A stretch of DNA of 64,000 nt. It comes from Amphiscolops sp. MND2022 (Eukaryota). Under the pieces are notes generated by a model. The model was not told the origin of the DNA and searched no databases. It saw nothing but the letters and a program-made list of their open reading frames with translations. Positions 1 to 13,100 of this stretch are shown piece after piece (within the stretch, counting starts at the first letter, position 1; each line of letters starts with the position of its first letter). The position numbers and the translations under genes were made by a program. The stretch is from positions 22,260,001 to 22,324,000 of the forward strand of contig OZ076409.1 of the NCBI GenBank assembly GCA_964187785.1, given 5' to 3'.

Positions 1-1886
1 TTTGTAGCTTTGAAAACCTTTTTCAATTTTTATGTGCAACTTTTCCAGATGATGCTTTCTTGAAAACTGAGCAGCCAAAAACAGTTATAACGCCGTCGAG
101 ACAAACATCTCCGGTGTTTCAAGGAAAAGTGTTTAAAGGTACAATGTTACATGATAAATTACATGATATTACATGATAAATTCCGGAATATGCCAAAAGT
201 CAAAATAAGGTGTTATAACTTTCTTAGATTTCAGAACAAAAAGTACACCCGTAGTCTTGATTGCACTTTCGAGAAAGTTTTGCACCTCGGACTTTTGTGT
301 CAATTCGTTAGTTGCAAATCGACAGCGATATCAGCAAAATCGAGTGTCTCTAGTTTTCTGATACCCTTATGAATGTTCACTATTGTCATGTTAAAGTTAA
401 AAGTCTAGCGTCTCAGAGTTAGCTTGATACAATTCTGCGATCCTCCTCACGCATGCGAATTTCAATTAGGTTTGCTAAAGTTAAAATAATTCCTGAAAGC
501 CACTAAGCTCCACGTTCGATAGTTGAACATAAAACATTTAGATTTTGAGGTTTTATTTTTCTATGGCAGTGGTAAACATCGTTTTGCTCAATCTCTTTGA
601 AACCCCACGGTTGGAAGTTTTCGTTTTGCTCCTATTAGTACCGTCCAGTATTTCCCAATGTCGAATGTCTGCAGGCGTGTAGACGTTGACGTACTAGCAG
701 CGCCCTCTTACCTAGAGTATCTCTTCATTCCGCTCAATCAGTTCCTCAAAACATTTTCAAGGCAAAGGTTTTGTCCTAGAGTTTCTCGTTTTCGTTTTGA
801 GTTTCTTTCGTCAAAGCTGGAGACTGCGATTGAGTCTCAGCCTCTTGTTTTTCGATATTTTTGGAAGGATTCGTTTTTCTAATTTAGTGTTTGTTGGTTG
901 TTTCTAACTAAAGAATTGAATGTGCAAACTATGGTGTTTTTTCACTTCTAAGCGGTCTATTTGAAAAATTATTCATATGAAGAGAAGGAAGCTTTATAGG
1001 ATGAAGATGCCTATTCTACTGTTACGAAGGAGGAAAACTTTGCAGTAGTTTGTGATGCCAATCTGCTGAACTTATTAAGTTTACCAAACATTGAACAACA
1101 CGTTAAACGGAGATCAAGTGATTGTCAAGTTGAAGGTCAGCCGAAGCCTAAGATTTTGGTAGTACTCTCTGGTTAGTTTTGGGAGGTGCTAAACGAATGG
1201 CAAGACGCTATTCATATCATTCTGCGCTATCAATGGTTTGCAAAGCCTAGCGCTAATTTTTTGTCACTTGACTAGTCACCAACATGGTTTCGAGAGGTCT
1301 ATCTATTATGTTTGAGCATTATATATACATATACATGGTTATATATCGTTATAGATCGTTAAAAGGTGTATGAATAGAATCGTTTTAGCACCTTTTTGAT
1401 TAACGATGGGGAAAACGATGATTACTTTCACTTCGCTTGCGTCTAGTTTCGTTCTTCAAGCGATGGAACAACGATGGCGATTTTTTATCGTATTTACATC
1501 GTTTTTGGTTCAGAGCATGTTTTGATGGACGACGTGATGGGAAACTGATGAAAAGTAGAAATCAAGTCACGGCAGTTCACTTGAGACTAAGCAGTTTGTC
1601 GTGCTACGGGTATTATTGTCCTTTCATCAGTTTTTGAAATGTTATTCGTTAATATCTTCTTCCTCTTTTTGGTGACCGATATCTGCTCCGATTTTATCCC
1701 AATATACAAACATTCAGTGACAGTATTGACTCAGGAGGCTCATAATAAATGAATACATAGCTCATACTCAACGGAAAAGAGGAATTTAAATAAATATCGT
1801 AGAGTTGCTTACAACCATGAATGCTTTATGGTTTCAATTTACCCTTATATAAGTTTTTTGTACAGAAATTGTACCTTATAAATATT

Positions 1887-2580
1887 AACAAGACGGGACT
1901 GTCTAGAGTCGGCGCTATGTCTAAGGTTCAGAAAGCGCAGTTTATAAAATTAGCGTAGGACGTTTCATGAAAAACTGCTGTTTCCGAACCCTGCCTCCTC
2001 CTTGATAAAACGCAATATAATTCGGATATATCGTCAAATTTCGGATATAGCGCTTCTCTTCGGATGTTGAGTCTAAAATTCCGACAGTATTGAACAAAAA
2101 TGATTGAATATATAATAACCTTATATCAAAAAAAATGAGAATCATGAAACCCTTTTCGGGCCCTTTCGGATTTTGTAACATTCATCTTGTTGCCAAATAT
2201 CAAAAAACTTGAATAGGGCACCCTTTGGAATCATTTGAAAATTTTCAAAAAAGTCTCACAGTTCCGAAAAAAAATCGAAAGTGGGGACCTTTTGGTGTTG
2301 TGCAGTTTAGTAGGTCACGTTAAAGAAGTCAAAAATGAAAGGAGGACCCTTTGCACTAAACTTGCACTGGCCGGATTTGGCCTTAGTGGTTTCAGGAGTT
2401 TCTTTAAAAAGTGGACCGATCTGTGTGAGGTCTGTGGTCTGAAGAAAAAAAGGTCACTGTAAGAGTCGGGCATTTTTCCTTAATAGGAAAAATTAGGCAT
2501 TTTTCCTTAAAGCGCCGACTAAAAAAAAGGTCACTGTAACAGTCGGGCAATTTTTGCTTCACAAAAAGCGCCGACTAAAA
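1887..2580 (-). mobile_element. Non-autonomous Helentron-type (HINE/DINE-1-like) element, family A
   Basis: Starts AACAAG plus a hairpin (AGACG..GTCT) and subterminal AGTCGGCGC; ends GCGCCGACTAAAA (end duplicated). The same termini occur at 26722-27716, 29656-30155, 32276-32658 and about 43255. Confidence 0.6.
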
Positions 2581-3074
2581 ACCTATTTTTACATCATGCT
2601 GGCACGACACCCAATTACTACCATGCCATTCACAATTAACGAGTTGGTGCCTATGAATGTCCGGAGTCCTTATTTTTTGAGTAAGAAAATATTTGACTGA
2701 ACACTCCCCTAAATCGTTCAGAAAAAAAAGAAGACTCGGGTACTTCATTAAATTTCTTTCGAAAGGAGATATATCCGCAAAAATTGAAGTCTCAACCTAT
2801 AGACGTGCAACCGTTCCCACTGAAAATGATTCAAAGCACTAAGAAACTATTAAAAATGATTGATCAATGAAAATTATCGATGACTCGAATTTGTTGTTTC
2901 AAAAGTTGTTGAGCGTATGAACTAAATGTAGCGAACATTATGTAGCGTATTATGCAAGTTTTCGCAAGAGTCTCGAATTTTGTTCAGCGTCTTAGGAGTC
3001 ACAGCCAGCCACTTATGTTGTGATTCACTTTATTTTTGTACAGGACTTCGCTCTGCGCACAGCTTTGATTACCA

Positions 3075-4790
3075 AAAATTTCGTCGTCGGAAATTTCGTT
3101 GTCAGAAATTTTTCGTCGTCAGAAATTTCGTCGTCGGAAATTAAGCTCTATAAAACTTCGCATTTTATCTAAGCTAATAGGAATTGTCCAATATTATTGA
3201 TGTCTTATAATTTATCGAGTCTTTATAATTATCTTAATATTTATCGGTAATTGTGCAATTATTGCTATTACCCTAGGTTACAAAAATCACAACTCTTGCA
3301 AAATTCTTACAAGATTTCTTGTGAGATCTTGTGAGAAAATGCATTTTTAGAATCTAACTCTGGCAAAAATCTTGCAGGAATTGCATTTTTCTGCTCAGAA
3401 TGTTACAAAAAATGCATAAATCTGACAACTTTCTAACAAAAATTGCATTTCGTGCCTTGAAAAATTTCGAACGGCTGCGGAGAAAAAACGATCGAAAAAT
3501 GTTACAAACACCCAATGTAAAGCTAAACTAATTCTAGAGGAACAACTCTTCCTTCTGGGAAAGGAAGGATATCCTTAAACTGAAGGAATTTTTGGATATT
3601 TTAGATCTTTTCACTTCAAATTCCCTAGTCTCAAGCTCTGAAATCACGATCTAAAACAGCTGTGAAAAACTTCAACTACGTAAGCACATCAAAATTAAAT
3701 ATATATTCATAGGAAACAAGTAGCTGAATAAAAAAGATGAAAAATTTGAGTCAGAAAAACATCCGTGTCGGGAACGTTTCCAAAAAATAGTAATTTTAGA
3801 GGTCATTCCATCAAAATACGGTTTTTTAGACGTTTTTGCAGTAAAATACTTATCTTATTCCATCGATTATTCAAATCTGGACCATTTTCATCTAAAATTT
3901 ATTCAAATCTAACCCGAAATCCATAAATCAAGATCGTACCTACAAGCGGCTTCAGGAACCGCGGTGCCGAAAAGCGTCCTTAATGCTACCCGGGTCATTA
4001 AGGTAACTCTGTTTGAGATGTCCTTTAAAACCAGACCTTTAAAACAGACGTTATTCAAAAAAGACAGAATTGAACGAATGTTCCCGTCTTGAACGAATTT
4101 TTAGTCGAAATTACACATCGCATTTTTCGTAAGAATTTTTCTACGCAAAAATGCATTTTTTGCAAAAATGTTATTAGAATCTTGTAAGAAATGTTCGATA
4201 TTGTAACAAATTTGCAAAATTTGCGATTCTTGTACAAACTTGTAAGATTCTTGTAAGAAATACAAAGTTTGCAAGATTTGTGATTCCTGTAACCTAGGGT
4301 ATTGACTTTTAGTAATGGTTCTAACAGAAAAAGTTTCAGATCATGTTCCTTATCCCTCCCACCCCAAATACAAAATGTTTCTTATCCGCTTCCAACACAA
4401 AGTTGTTTCGACACTTGAAGCAGAAATTCTCCGGACTTTGATAATTTTTTGACAAAAAAAGCAAAAATTCACCTCCGGAACAAGCAAAATAATTCAAGAC
4501 TGAAAATATGCCATTGCTCAATAAGCGTCTTGATGAATTGATTGAATTCAATTACCTTTTTTTGACTCAGTTTTGTTGTCCAAATGAAACTTTTTAAGAT
4601 CTCTCATTTTAATAATTAAATAATTGAATAATTCAAATAATCTCTTATCGCGAACGTTGTTAATTTTCATCAATACGACGAAATTTCCTACGACGAAATT
4701 TCTGACGACGAAATTTCTGCATTTGCTAATACGACGAAATTTCCTACGACTAAATTTCTGACGACGAAATTTCTGGCGACAAAATTTCCG
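3075..4790. repeat. Foldback element with inverted ~15-bp minisatellite arms
   Basis: GAAATTTCGTCGTC(A/G) repeats at 3075-3142 and their reverse complement ACGACGAAATTTC at 4674-4790; interrupted by the 3271-4299 MITE. Confidence 0.6.
3271..4299. mobile_element. MITE-like non-autonomous TIR element (CCCTAGG termini)
   Basis: CCCTAGGTTACAAAAATCACA ... TGTGATTCCTGTAACCTAGGG flanked by TA on both sides; the internal block 3944-4006 recurs at 30352-30416 in the second copy. Confidence 0.7.
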
Positions 4791-5014
4791 CCTCTGTTAA
4801 ATACAATACCCATTTGTATTACCGTGAGAACAAAGGCTGCGGAATTTGTTTTGAAATGCAATTTTGGAACTCAACATGCATATCTATTTGAACTAGTTTA
4901 GATCAGGATGCAAATGAGTCTATAAGTGTTGTTCAGCTTTTCTTCTTTCTCGCGAAAACCATTCCGCTACAATTTTGAAAAAATATGATATAATGAATTT
5001 TCGTTTCATTTGTC

Positions 5015-5440
5015 ATTTTCCGACCCACATTCTCAATGGGGAGGAAAATCATCATCTGTGTTGCGTTTTTTTCCCAAATTCTGCCAAATCTCCACGCTCC
5101 ATCACTTGACTATATAGTTACTTGACTATTTTAGTAGGAGGGGGGAATAAGATCTAAAGTCAAAAAAGAGAATGAGATCCAAAGGGAACAAGATCTAAAA
5201 TTTCAGGACGGGTATAAAATCTGATGGGAATAAGATCTAAAATAAAAATGGGATTAAGATCCAAAGGGAATAAGATCTAAAATTTCAGGACGGGAATAAG
5301 ATCTAAAGGGAATAAGATCTGAAATCACTAAATTTTAGATCTTACTATTTAGATCCTATTCCCCTCCCAAAATAGCTATGGCTCAAGTGATGAAGGCGAA
5401 AAGGGAGGAAAATATCCCGGTGCTTAGCGGGCGTCTTGTT
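5015..5440 (+). mobile_element. Non-autonomous Helentron-type element, family B (AAGATCTAAA minisatellite interior)
   Basis: 5' ATTTTCCGAC...GGAGGAAAATCATCATCTG; 3' GGAGGAAAATATCCCGGTGCTTAGCGGGCGTCTTGTT. The same ends occur at 28017-28245 and 36045-36460. Confidence 0.6.
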
Positions 5441-6589
5441 CAATTTAAAATGTGTATACTGCAAAATTTCTTCAGTAGAGAAATTTAGTTTTCAAAATTT
5501 TGAAAGATACATCGTAAAATGTTTAAAACTTGCAGAACCTTGCAAGATTCACGTTTTCTGAGAGAACCTAGCTAGATTTTCATTACCTGTGGAAGTTTAG
5601 CAAGAATGTGAGAAAATCTCTGAGTTTTTCGCCATCGACCGCACTGAAATTTAATTCATTATAAAAGCTTTTATTCATTTATAAAAGCTTTCTTTGGCGC
5701 ATCTATCGACAGTCTGAAGAAAACATCTTTAAAAGTTTCCAAGAGATTCAGAAAGTGCAGATCTTTTTCGAGTTCTTCATGCGTTTCTCAAGTACCCAGG
5801 AAACGTTGCCGTGCTACTACTCCCCTGGTTTCAATTCCACCCAGTGGCTCGTCGAATGGTTTGGAAAAACCTGCAACTACTGTAGATAGGCAGTTCAGTT
5901 TCGAGAGAGAGGAGATCTCCCTTTGGTCATTTCATACCTCTAGATTTCATACAATTTCACGCAAAAAATATAAATTTATTGCAAGGACCATGAATAGAAC
6001 CTCACGAGTCGTTAGTAGGGGTGTAGGATGCTTTTTCCAAGACCATAATTATGACATACTGTGTATAGTTGGAACGATTTTGTCGCACGAAAATTCTTGA
6101 TGGTTTCTAGATGGAAACAACGTGCTTGAGTAATGATGCTTGTTATTCATTTCAGCATCGTGTTGTTTAGATTTTTAATAGTTCATTGCTGTTACAAATC
6201 TTTTCCGTGAAAAGCTAGTGAATATATGTTCTTAGATGTCAGCATTTTCCAACGAACTGAGCTAACTATAGAAGTGCATTACATACAAAGCTTAAAAATT
6301 GCAAAATCTCAATTTCATAGATCGTGGCGGTGCACTTTTCAAACATCTTTATTTATATGTATATAGTATGTATCTATCTTTAGTATGTATATTGTATGTT
6401 TATATATAATGTTTAGAGCTCACTCGAAAATGGAACAAATCTCAAACATAAGGAAGTTTGTTGCTTTGTTTAGACTCCCATTAATTCCTTTACAAAGCTA
6501 TAGCCTATAGTAATGATATCATAATAATATATGCATATCATGATACACTTAAAAACAAAAAAGCGATGAAAAACGGAATCCGTACTGAC

Positions 6590-6920
6590 ACTCCAGTGGA
6601 CTTAAATCCTTGCCAGGATAACTCAAGGATTCCAAGTCCTTGACAGGATAACTCAAGGATTCCAAGGACTGCCAAGGATTTCCCCAGTTTTCGGAAAATT
6701 CACAAGTTCTTACCACTCCTGGTCCAGTCCTTAACAGTCCTGGAGAAATCCCCAGGACTGGTAAGGACTGGTCCAGGACTTGTAAGGCTAAAAGTGGCAC
6801 ATGTAAGGACTGGTCCAGAACTTGACAAGTCCTTACCAGTCTTTGGGAATCCTTGGCAGTCCTGGAATTCAAATTTTTGTCAGTACGGGAAACATTTCTT
6901 TGTCTTTGCTTGTCCCGGTT
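6590..6920. repeat. Small foldback repeat built from AAGGAC/GTCCTT units
   Basis: GATTCCAAGGACTGCCAAGGATT (~6658) is inverted at GGAATCCTTGGCAGTCCTGGAATTC (~6846). Confidence 0.5.
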
Positions 6921-9876
6921 AACCACTCACAAACGGAACAGATTTCGTATTGCTCATTTTGTTCCAAGGTTTTGGCACCAGTTTTTTTGATGCCAGATCT
7001 GCAGCCAGATCAGGCTCCAAACTAAAAATTGTCTGGGATAGCAACCCCGAGTGTCAAAATCTGTTCATAATTTGACTGTCAAGAATGATTTTTGTTCCAA
7101 ATTTTCAACTAATTTGGTTTAATTCCTGCATTTATCATAGAAAATACGACAACGCTAGTTGTTAACTTACATAAGAATTTTGTCTTTTTGTACCATTGAT
7201 ACATTTGTTCGTGTTGTTTGTTGTTAAACAAATGTCAATCATCAAACTGATCTTCTAACATTTCTCGACATTAAAATTCCAACGGTGCTGAAAATCGTTT
7301 GGTGTGATATTGACTTGGTCAGCTCAGATCAATTTCTCTCACATAGCGATACACAAAGTTGAGCACACCAAACTCTATGAAATTTATTGATGACTAATTA
7401 GTCAATTCATTTTGCCATTTGTATAAGTAAATCTTGGGAAAACCATACCATTTTTGCTTGCATACCTTCATTGAACCTTCTAGACATCATACCAAATTTG
7501 AAATCTGTTTGAAAGACGATGGAATCATTTTACTTTTCTTGAATCGAGTTCAACAGAGATTTGTTTACTTCGCTCTGAAATATTTGCTCAATTATATTTG
7601 TCAATTGAACCCTTCAGGAAAGTTATTCGTTGGTAGCGGCCACTTGGTATTTAATTATAGCATCGACCAGCTTAGAGAGTTGAAGTTAAACTGTTTAACC
7701 CACTACTGTTAGAATAAGCAGCCTAACAACTTACTGCTGCTCTTCAACAATGGATGTCAAAAGTTAGTAGTTTCGTCAGCAATCTTCTTAGGGGTAAAGT
7801 TAGGCGTGATCTGAAGCTCTTACGAGCTTTTTCGTTAATTATCCTTTTGCAGATAGAGACCCCATTGGTGCTTTGAGTTGTAAGAAAACATTTTCCACTC
7901 TTGAAGGAACAACAAATTTTAGATTTTTAAAGATGATTAATTGAAGAAAAAATTCAATTGAAGAAAAACCCACGCTGCAGAGAAAATTTTGGTTCAGCAT
8001 GTCATACAGTGTCTTTCAGTCCTGCAATAATTTATGGAAACTACACTACAATAGTGCGATTAAAGTTTCGGAAACTTAATTGGAAAGAAACGAGAAGGAA
8101 AATTTCTATTTCAAATGAAGTTTTTCGAGCATTAACGTTTCGAAAACTTTTCAAATATATCCAAGTCATTTTTATAGTAAGACTTTTTTACGACTAATTG
8201 AGCACAAAAAACATGATCAACTTGAATTGTTCGGATTAGACTTGAATGTTTCGACTTGAGCTCTAAATTGTGTCGAAATTAAACTGTGTCGAAATTAAAT
8301 TATGTCGAATTTTTTTTGTTTTGTAGTTTTGTAGTTGCCCCCCATCTTCTAGGTCCAAAAAATATCAAAGTAGTAAAGTAGTATTGGTCACCTCTAAAGT
8401 CCTTGATTTACCGCAAGTTGAGTTTTGTTCAATTGGACATTTTTTTCTGGCTTCTTTAATTAGACTCTGTCATGACTTTCTGATCAACAAGTTTTTGTAC
8501 AGAGCAGTAGTATGGTAATAACTAGTAATAACACTGGCCACAAATCACAGTTGGCAAATAACCTGATTAGTTCCGGATAAAAATTGCCAAGTAATTTCAC
8601 CGCCAGTCAACGCTTAAACATTTTGTATGCACTGGTGATCACCACATTTCTACGAAACACACTGATTGTTACATGACAAAACGGATACAATATGCCACGA
8701 AAATAAAAAAAATGGGAAAAATTATAAAGGTGAAAAGAGCGTTCGTTCGTGACGCACCAAAATCCGGGCTCTGATTCATGTTGAGTTTAAAACATAGGCG
8801 CGACGGCATGTCGCGCTTGGCCTCGAGCAGAGGATTTTTGGCAGAAATCCGAAGGCGTCATACTTCATGGCGGAAACTTTGTTGGTCCAAGAAGTAGCCT
8901 ATATCCATCCTGTTCTTCTCGAAAGAGAATGGTTTCCGTGTATCTTTCATCAGTTTTGAGAAAAATGAGCTACCAATGAGAAAAATTTTTCGAATTTTTT
9001 CATCTTTGCCCAAAAAAAACAAATATGAAAAAAATTACGTCATTTTTGGGCCAAAATGTAGTCTATGAAACGCTTGTACAATTTACGAAACCATGAAACC
9101 TGTATTTAGTCTCAGTTATGAGATATAAAGGATGAAAAATGAAAAACAGTAAAAATAGCGTTTTCTCAAAACTTCTTTTCAAAAAACCCATGAAGCCAAA
9201 TTTTTGATTGTTTTCAACGAAATTGTAGCCGAGGATCCTGCGCAACTTTTAGCGAAAACATGGTGTCCATATCTTTTCTGGGTTTTGAGAAATTTGCCTC
9301 ACAAGTTTGAAAATTTGGCACATGTCACGAAATCTGCGAAAAAACGTCACCATATGGGCACCTCCCAAAGATCGAGCCCCAAAAAAGAATCCTATGATCT
9401 TCAAGTTTGCAATCGATTTTAGTGAGTTCATTAAGTGATGAAATTATTGAGAAATGTTTTCAGTTACGGATCCATCACTAAAAAGGTATCATTGAAATTT
9501 CTAACCGACGTGACTTTTATTCACAAAGTCATGTTCTTCAAAGAGTTTAGATCGGAAACTCATGAAATTGGGTTTTTGCAAAATATCTCCGGATGTGATT
9601 GTTCGGATTGCTAAAATCAAAAGTCTTCGATTTCAACTTCTAACTTTATTCCAAGATGATTCTATCTATCATAATACATAAATATGTAATTTCTTGACCT
9701 TGTTCAAGTCAGACTCTTACGAATACAATCAAAACAATTCGAGGTTGAAACTTCTGAGGATATCAATCGTGTGTTTGCCGAAGTCCAATTAGTCCAATCG
9801 TTTCATGCGTTGCTCTGTAACAAGTAGGTTATCAATTTCTTAACTCACGTAGTAATCGCAACTTTAACTTGTGTAG

Positions 9877-10140
9877 AATACCAGTGCTTCGAATGTGGAG
9901 TCGGGCTCTCTGTTAGAGACAAGCCAGTGATGAGTATCAGAAATGGCAAACCCATGCACTACTGCAAAACATGCTTCAATGATAAAAACCAGTCACCGAA
10001 ACCAGTTGCTAGACCGACACCTGCCGGAGCAGCAGCTAAGAGCACCACCGAACCCAGTTCCCCTAGCACAGTGCCACCCGCTGCCCCTAAAGCAATATCT
10101 GAGTCACCAAAGCCGACACCACAAAAATCAACTGGACCAA
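9877..10140 (+). CDS. LIM gene exon (half-LIM plus Pro-rich linker)
   Basis: AG at 9875-76; YQCFECGVGLS...HYCKTCF; donor GTGAGT at 10141. Confidence 0.75.
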
Positions 10141-13100
10141 GTGAGTTGAAAGTATTTTTTTGAGGTGAAAAAAGTGTTTGCACAAATCCTCTGAATTATC
10201 TGCAACTTTCTTTAGTCAAGTTGTTGTATTCTATTTGAAGCTTGTAAAAGAATCGTTGTATAAAATTCAACTGTTCTCTAGCTATCTCTTTTTTCATTAT
10301 CATCAAGTGATAAACTTCATCTGCTCTTAAGTGGCAGGCAGGTACAAAACTATAAATAGCATCAATATAACAATAAGGCAGACTAATTAGTTTTTGTTAG
10401 AGTTTGTCTGTCCTCTACATTCCCCCCCTTACTATTGGCTGATGATCGGCCAATGGGGTTGTTGGAATGTTTGTTGTGGCGGATATTCCTCCACTGGTCC
10501 AGTTTCTGGTGGACGGTTGACCGTTCCTGGCAGCTTTGTTTGTTCCGGTTCGCGATTGGCCGTAACGTCTGAATATGTGTGTCTGACCGGTCTAGAGATC
10601 GTCTTCTTTCCCCTCCGGTTGTGCTGTTGGTTGATCCGGTGTTGCCGAATTCAGTCTGTTTACGGTGTTTCCTGTAATCATGACAAATGGGATTATTATA
10701 TCTAATGATTGGGTTGGTTTTTGTCAGTCTCATTGATCTGCGAATGGGTTCCTTTTCTTCCTTGTCAATTTCAGTGATTGAGCTCAAATTGCTCACTAAG
10801 TCTAGATCAGAATTTTCAAAGTTATCTTCTAAAGCGTTCTGGTTGGAGTTATTATTAATAAGTACCTTACCGTTTTCATCTCTGAGAAAAAGTTCTTGGT
10901 CCGCGTTTTCGGTGTCGGTTATGGCACGGTCTATTTCCGTGTCCGTCATATTTGCTGTGACTATGGTTAGTGGGCCCGTTGTAGTTGCTGCTTGTGGAGA
11001 GTTTGAGGTTGTACGGTCTCGAACCAACTTTGGTCTGCCTCTCCCGATTGTGCCCGTTTTGATTGTTGTATTGGGTAGTGGTTCCGGGGTTTTTGGACTT
11101 GTTGTATCCATTAATGGCGTCTCTGACTCGCTGTGCGATTCGATTACCATCGTTCGTCTGTGTTTGGACGGTGATGTGATAAATCGGCCGTCTGGTCCAC
11201 GTGACCCGATCCCTCTGTTGTTCTGGTCCTGGTTAAAGTTAGAAATTGGTTTACTAATCATTTTCCTATGTAGGTGTAGTGATATCTTCGTAAAAACAAA
11301 CCAGATTAAAATCGTGGTTATTACACACTAGATCAACACATGACAACCTTAAACGAATAAAACATTAGATACAATAATATCAACACATATTAAACATTAC
11401 AACATAAGTTTATATCATCACAGTCTTCACCCCTTCGGTTAAGCATCATATGCGACCTTCTTAATACGCTGCCGCTGGCACTGCATAATATTCCCAACAT
11501 CCACGTCGGTCCACTTCCGGCTTTTAGAACCAAACAGAGGCTCCGTTGAATTTCCTGTTTCATGAACGTCTTCCGGACATTGTGGCGCTTGAATTCGTGC
11601 ATCATCACCAACACCTAAATTAACATCTGAAACCTGATGGTCAACACGATGACCATTTATATTGTCGTCTCCTCTTGTTTCTTGTGGAGCCTGCGCAACA
11701 AATGTCTGAGGCTCGGGTAAATCAGGGGACTGGGGCTCATCATATGGTGCCTTATCAGAGATGCTCGAGGTTCCTTCCACTGCTGGAGCTAAATCCCGAG
11801 TTGAAACGGTGTCCACTCTTCCATTGGGGTACTCGATTCTCGAAAAGTAAGGTGAAATTGTCTCAACTAGCCGTACAGGCGTGACAGGTGTGTCCAACTT
11901 AAGCGCATCACGCCTTCGAACGTAGATCATTGAACCAGGAGTTGTCAAATACGCAGGAATATCAATACCAGTAATTGACGCTCTAGGGAATGAAAGAAAT
12001 CTTTCATGTGGTGTCTGATTTGTCGCTGTACACAGAAGTGCTCGTGTGCTAGCCAAAACCGTCGGAAGAACTTGTTCCCAGCTTTCTTTCGACAATCCGT
12101 GAGTTGCCAAAGCCAGCTTCAGCGCGCGGATGATCGTCCCATTCTCTCGCTCGCATTGACCATTAGCTTGAGGTCTGTAAGGTGTCGTGCGACTTTTAAC
12201 CACATTATGACGCAAAAGAAACTGTTTGAATTCCTGACTTTCAAACTGTGTGCCCCTATCAGAGTGTACCGATGAAGGTGACCCAAACAGTTCAAAGAGA
12301 GATTGTATGTGTTTAACAACTTCTTTCGCGGAAATCGTTGAGCATGGGAAAGCGAACGGGTAACGTGAGTATTCATCGACAACAACAAGTAGAAACCGAT
12401 TGCTGGTATTAGTTGGAAGTGGCCCCACAAAGTCAATCGAGAGTCGTTCCCAAGGTCTAGTTGCATGTACCAGTTGCCCCTGTGGCGGTTTAAAAAATTT
12501 TGGTTTGATCTCGGGGCAGATCTTGCACGATTGAGTAACCGTCCTCACATCATCAACTGAATAGGGCATATTCTTACTCTTAACATAATGACAGAGGCGC
12601 GCAATTCCTGGGTGGCAGAGTTGAGAATGTAAAATGTGCAACCGTCCCAGATCTCGAACAGCTGCACTACGAGACAAGGCGTCACAGACATCATTTAAAG
12701 GCCCTGGTCGATAATTGATTTTGTACTTATACTCTGAAAGTTCAAGCCGCCAACGAAGAACCTTCTCGTTCTTGATTTTGTTGCGACTGTTCATGTCGAA
12801 GAGGAAAGAAACGACTTTCTGATCAGTAATAATCTCAAATTCTGGAACAGCATGCAGTAAGTGTCTCCAACGTCTACAACACTCTACAATGGCAGAGGCT
12901 TCGCGCTCAACAACTGACTGATTCTGCTCGGAACGCGATAAGACCCGAGAGAAGAACGCAACCGGCCGTCCCCTTTGAGAAAGGGTACCTCCAAGTGCTC
13001 TCGCTGAAGCGTCAGTTTCTATGACTAGAGGTGCATCGGGCGTCGTAGAAGCTAGAACAGCTTTACTCAAGAGCTTCTTCAATTCGTCTATCACCAACTT

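Noticed and set aside
49..138. Possible exon of an upstream gene (TTTTCCAG ... AG|GTAC), also 1000-1171
   Set aside because: Plausible splice sites and short open frames, but no recognisable product or partner exons in the window.
10383..11261. env-like third ORF
   Set aside because: No signal peptide or TM segment; it is the in-frame continuation of the integrase tail, split off by the nested insertion.
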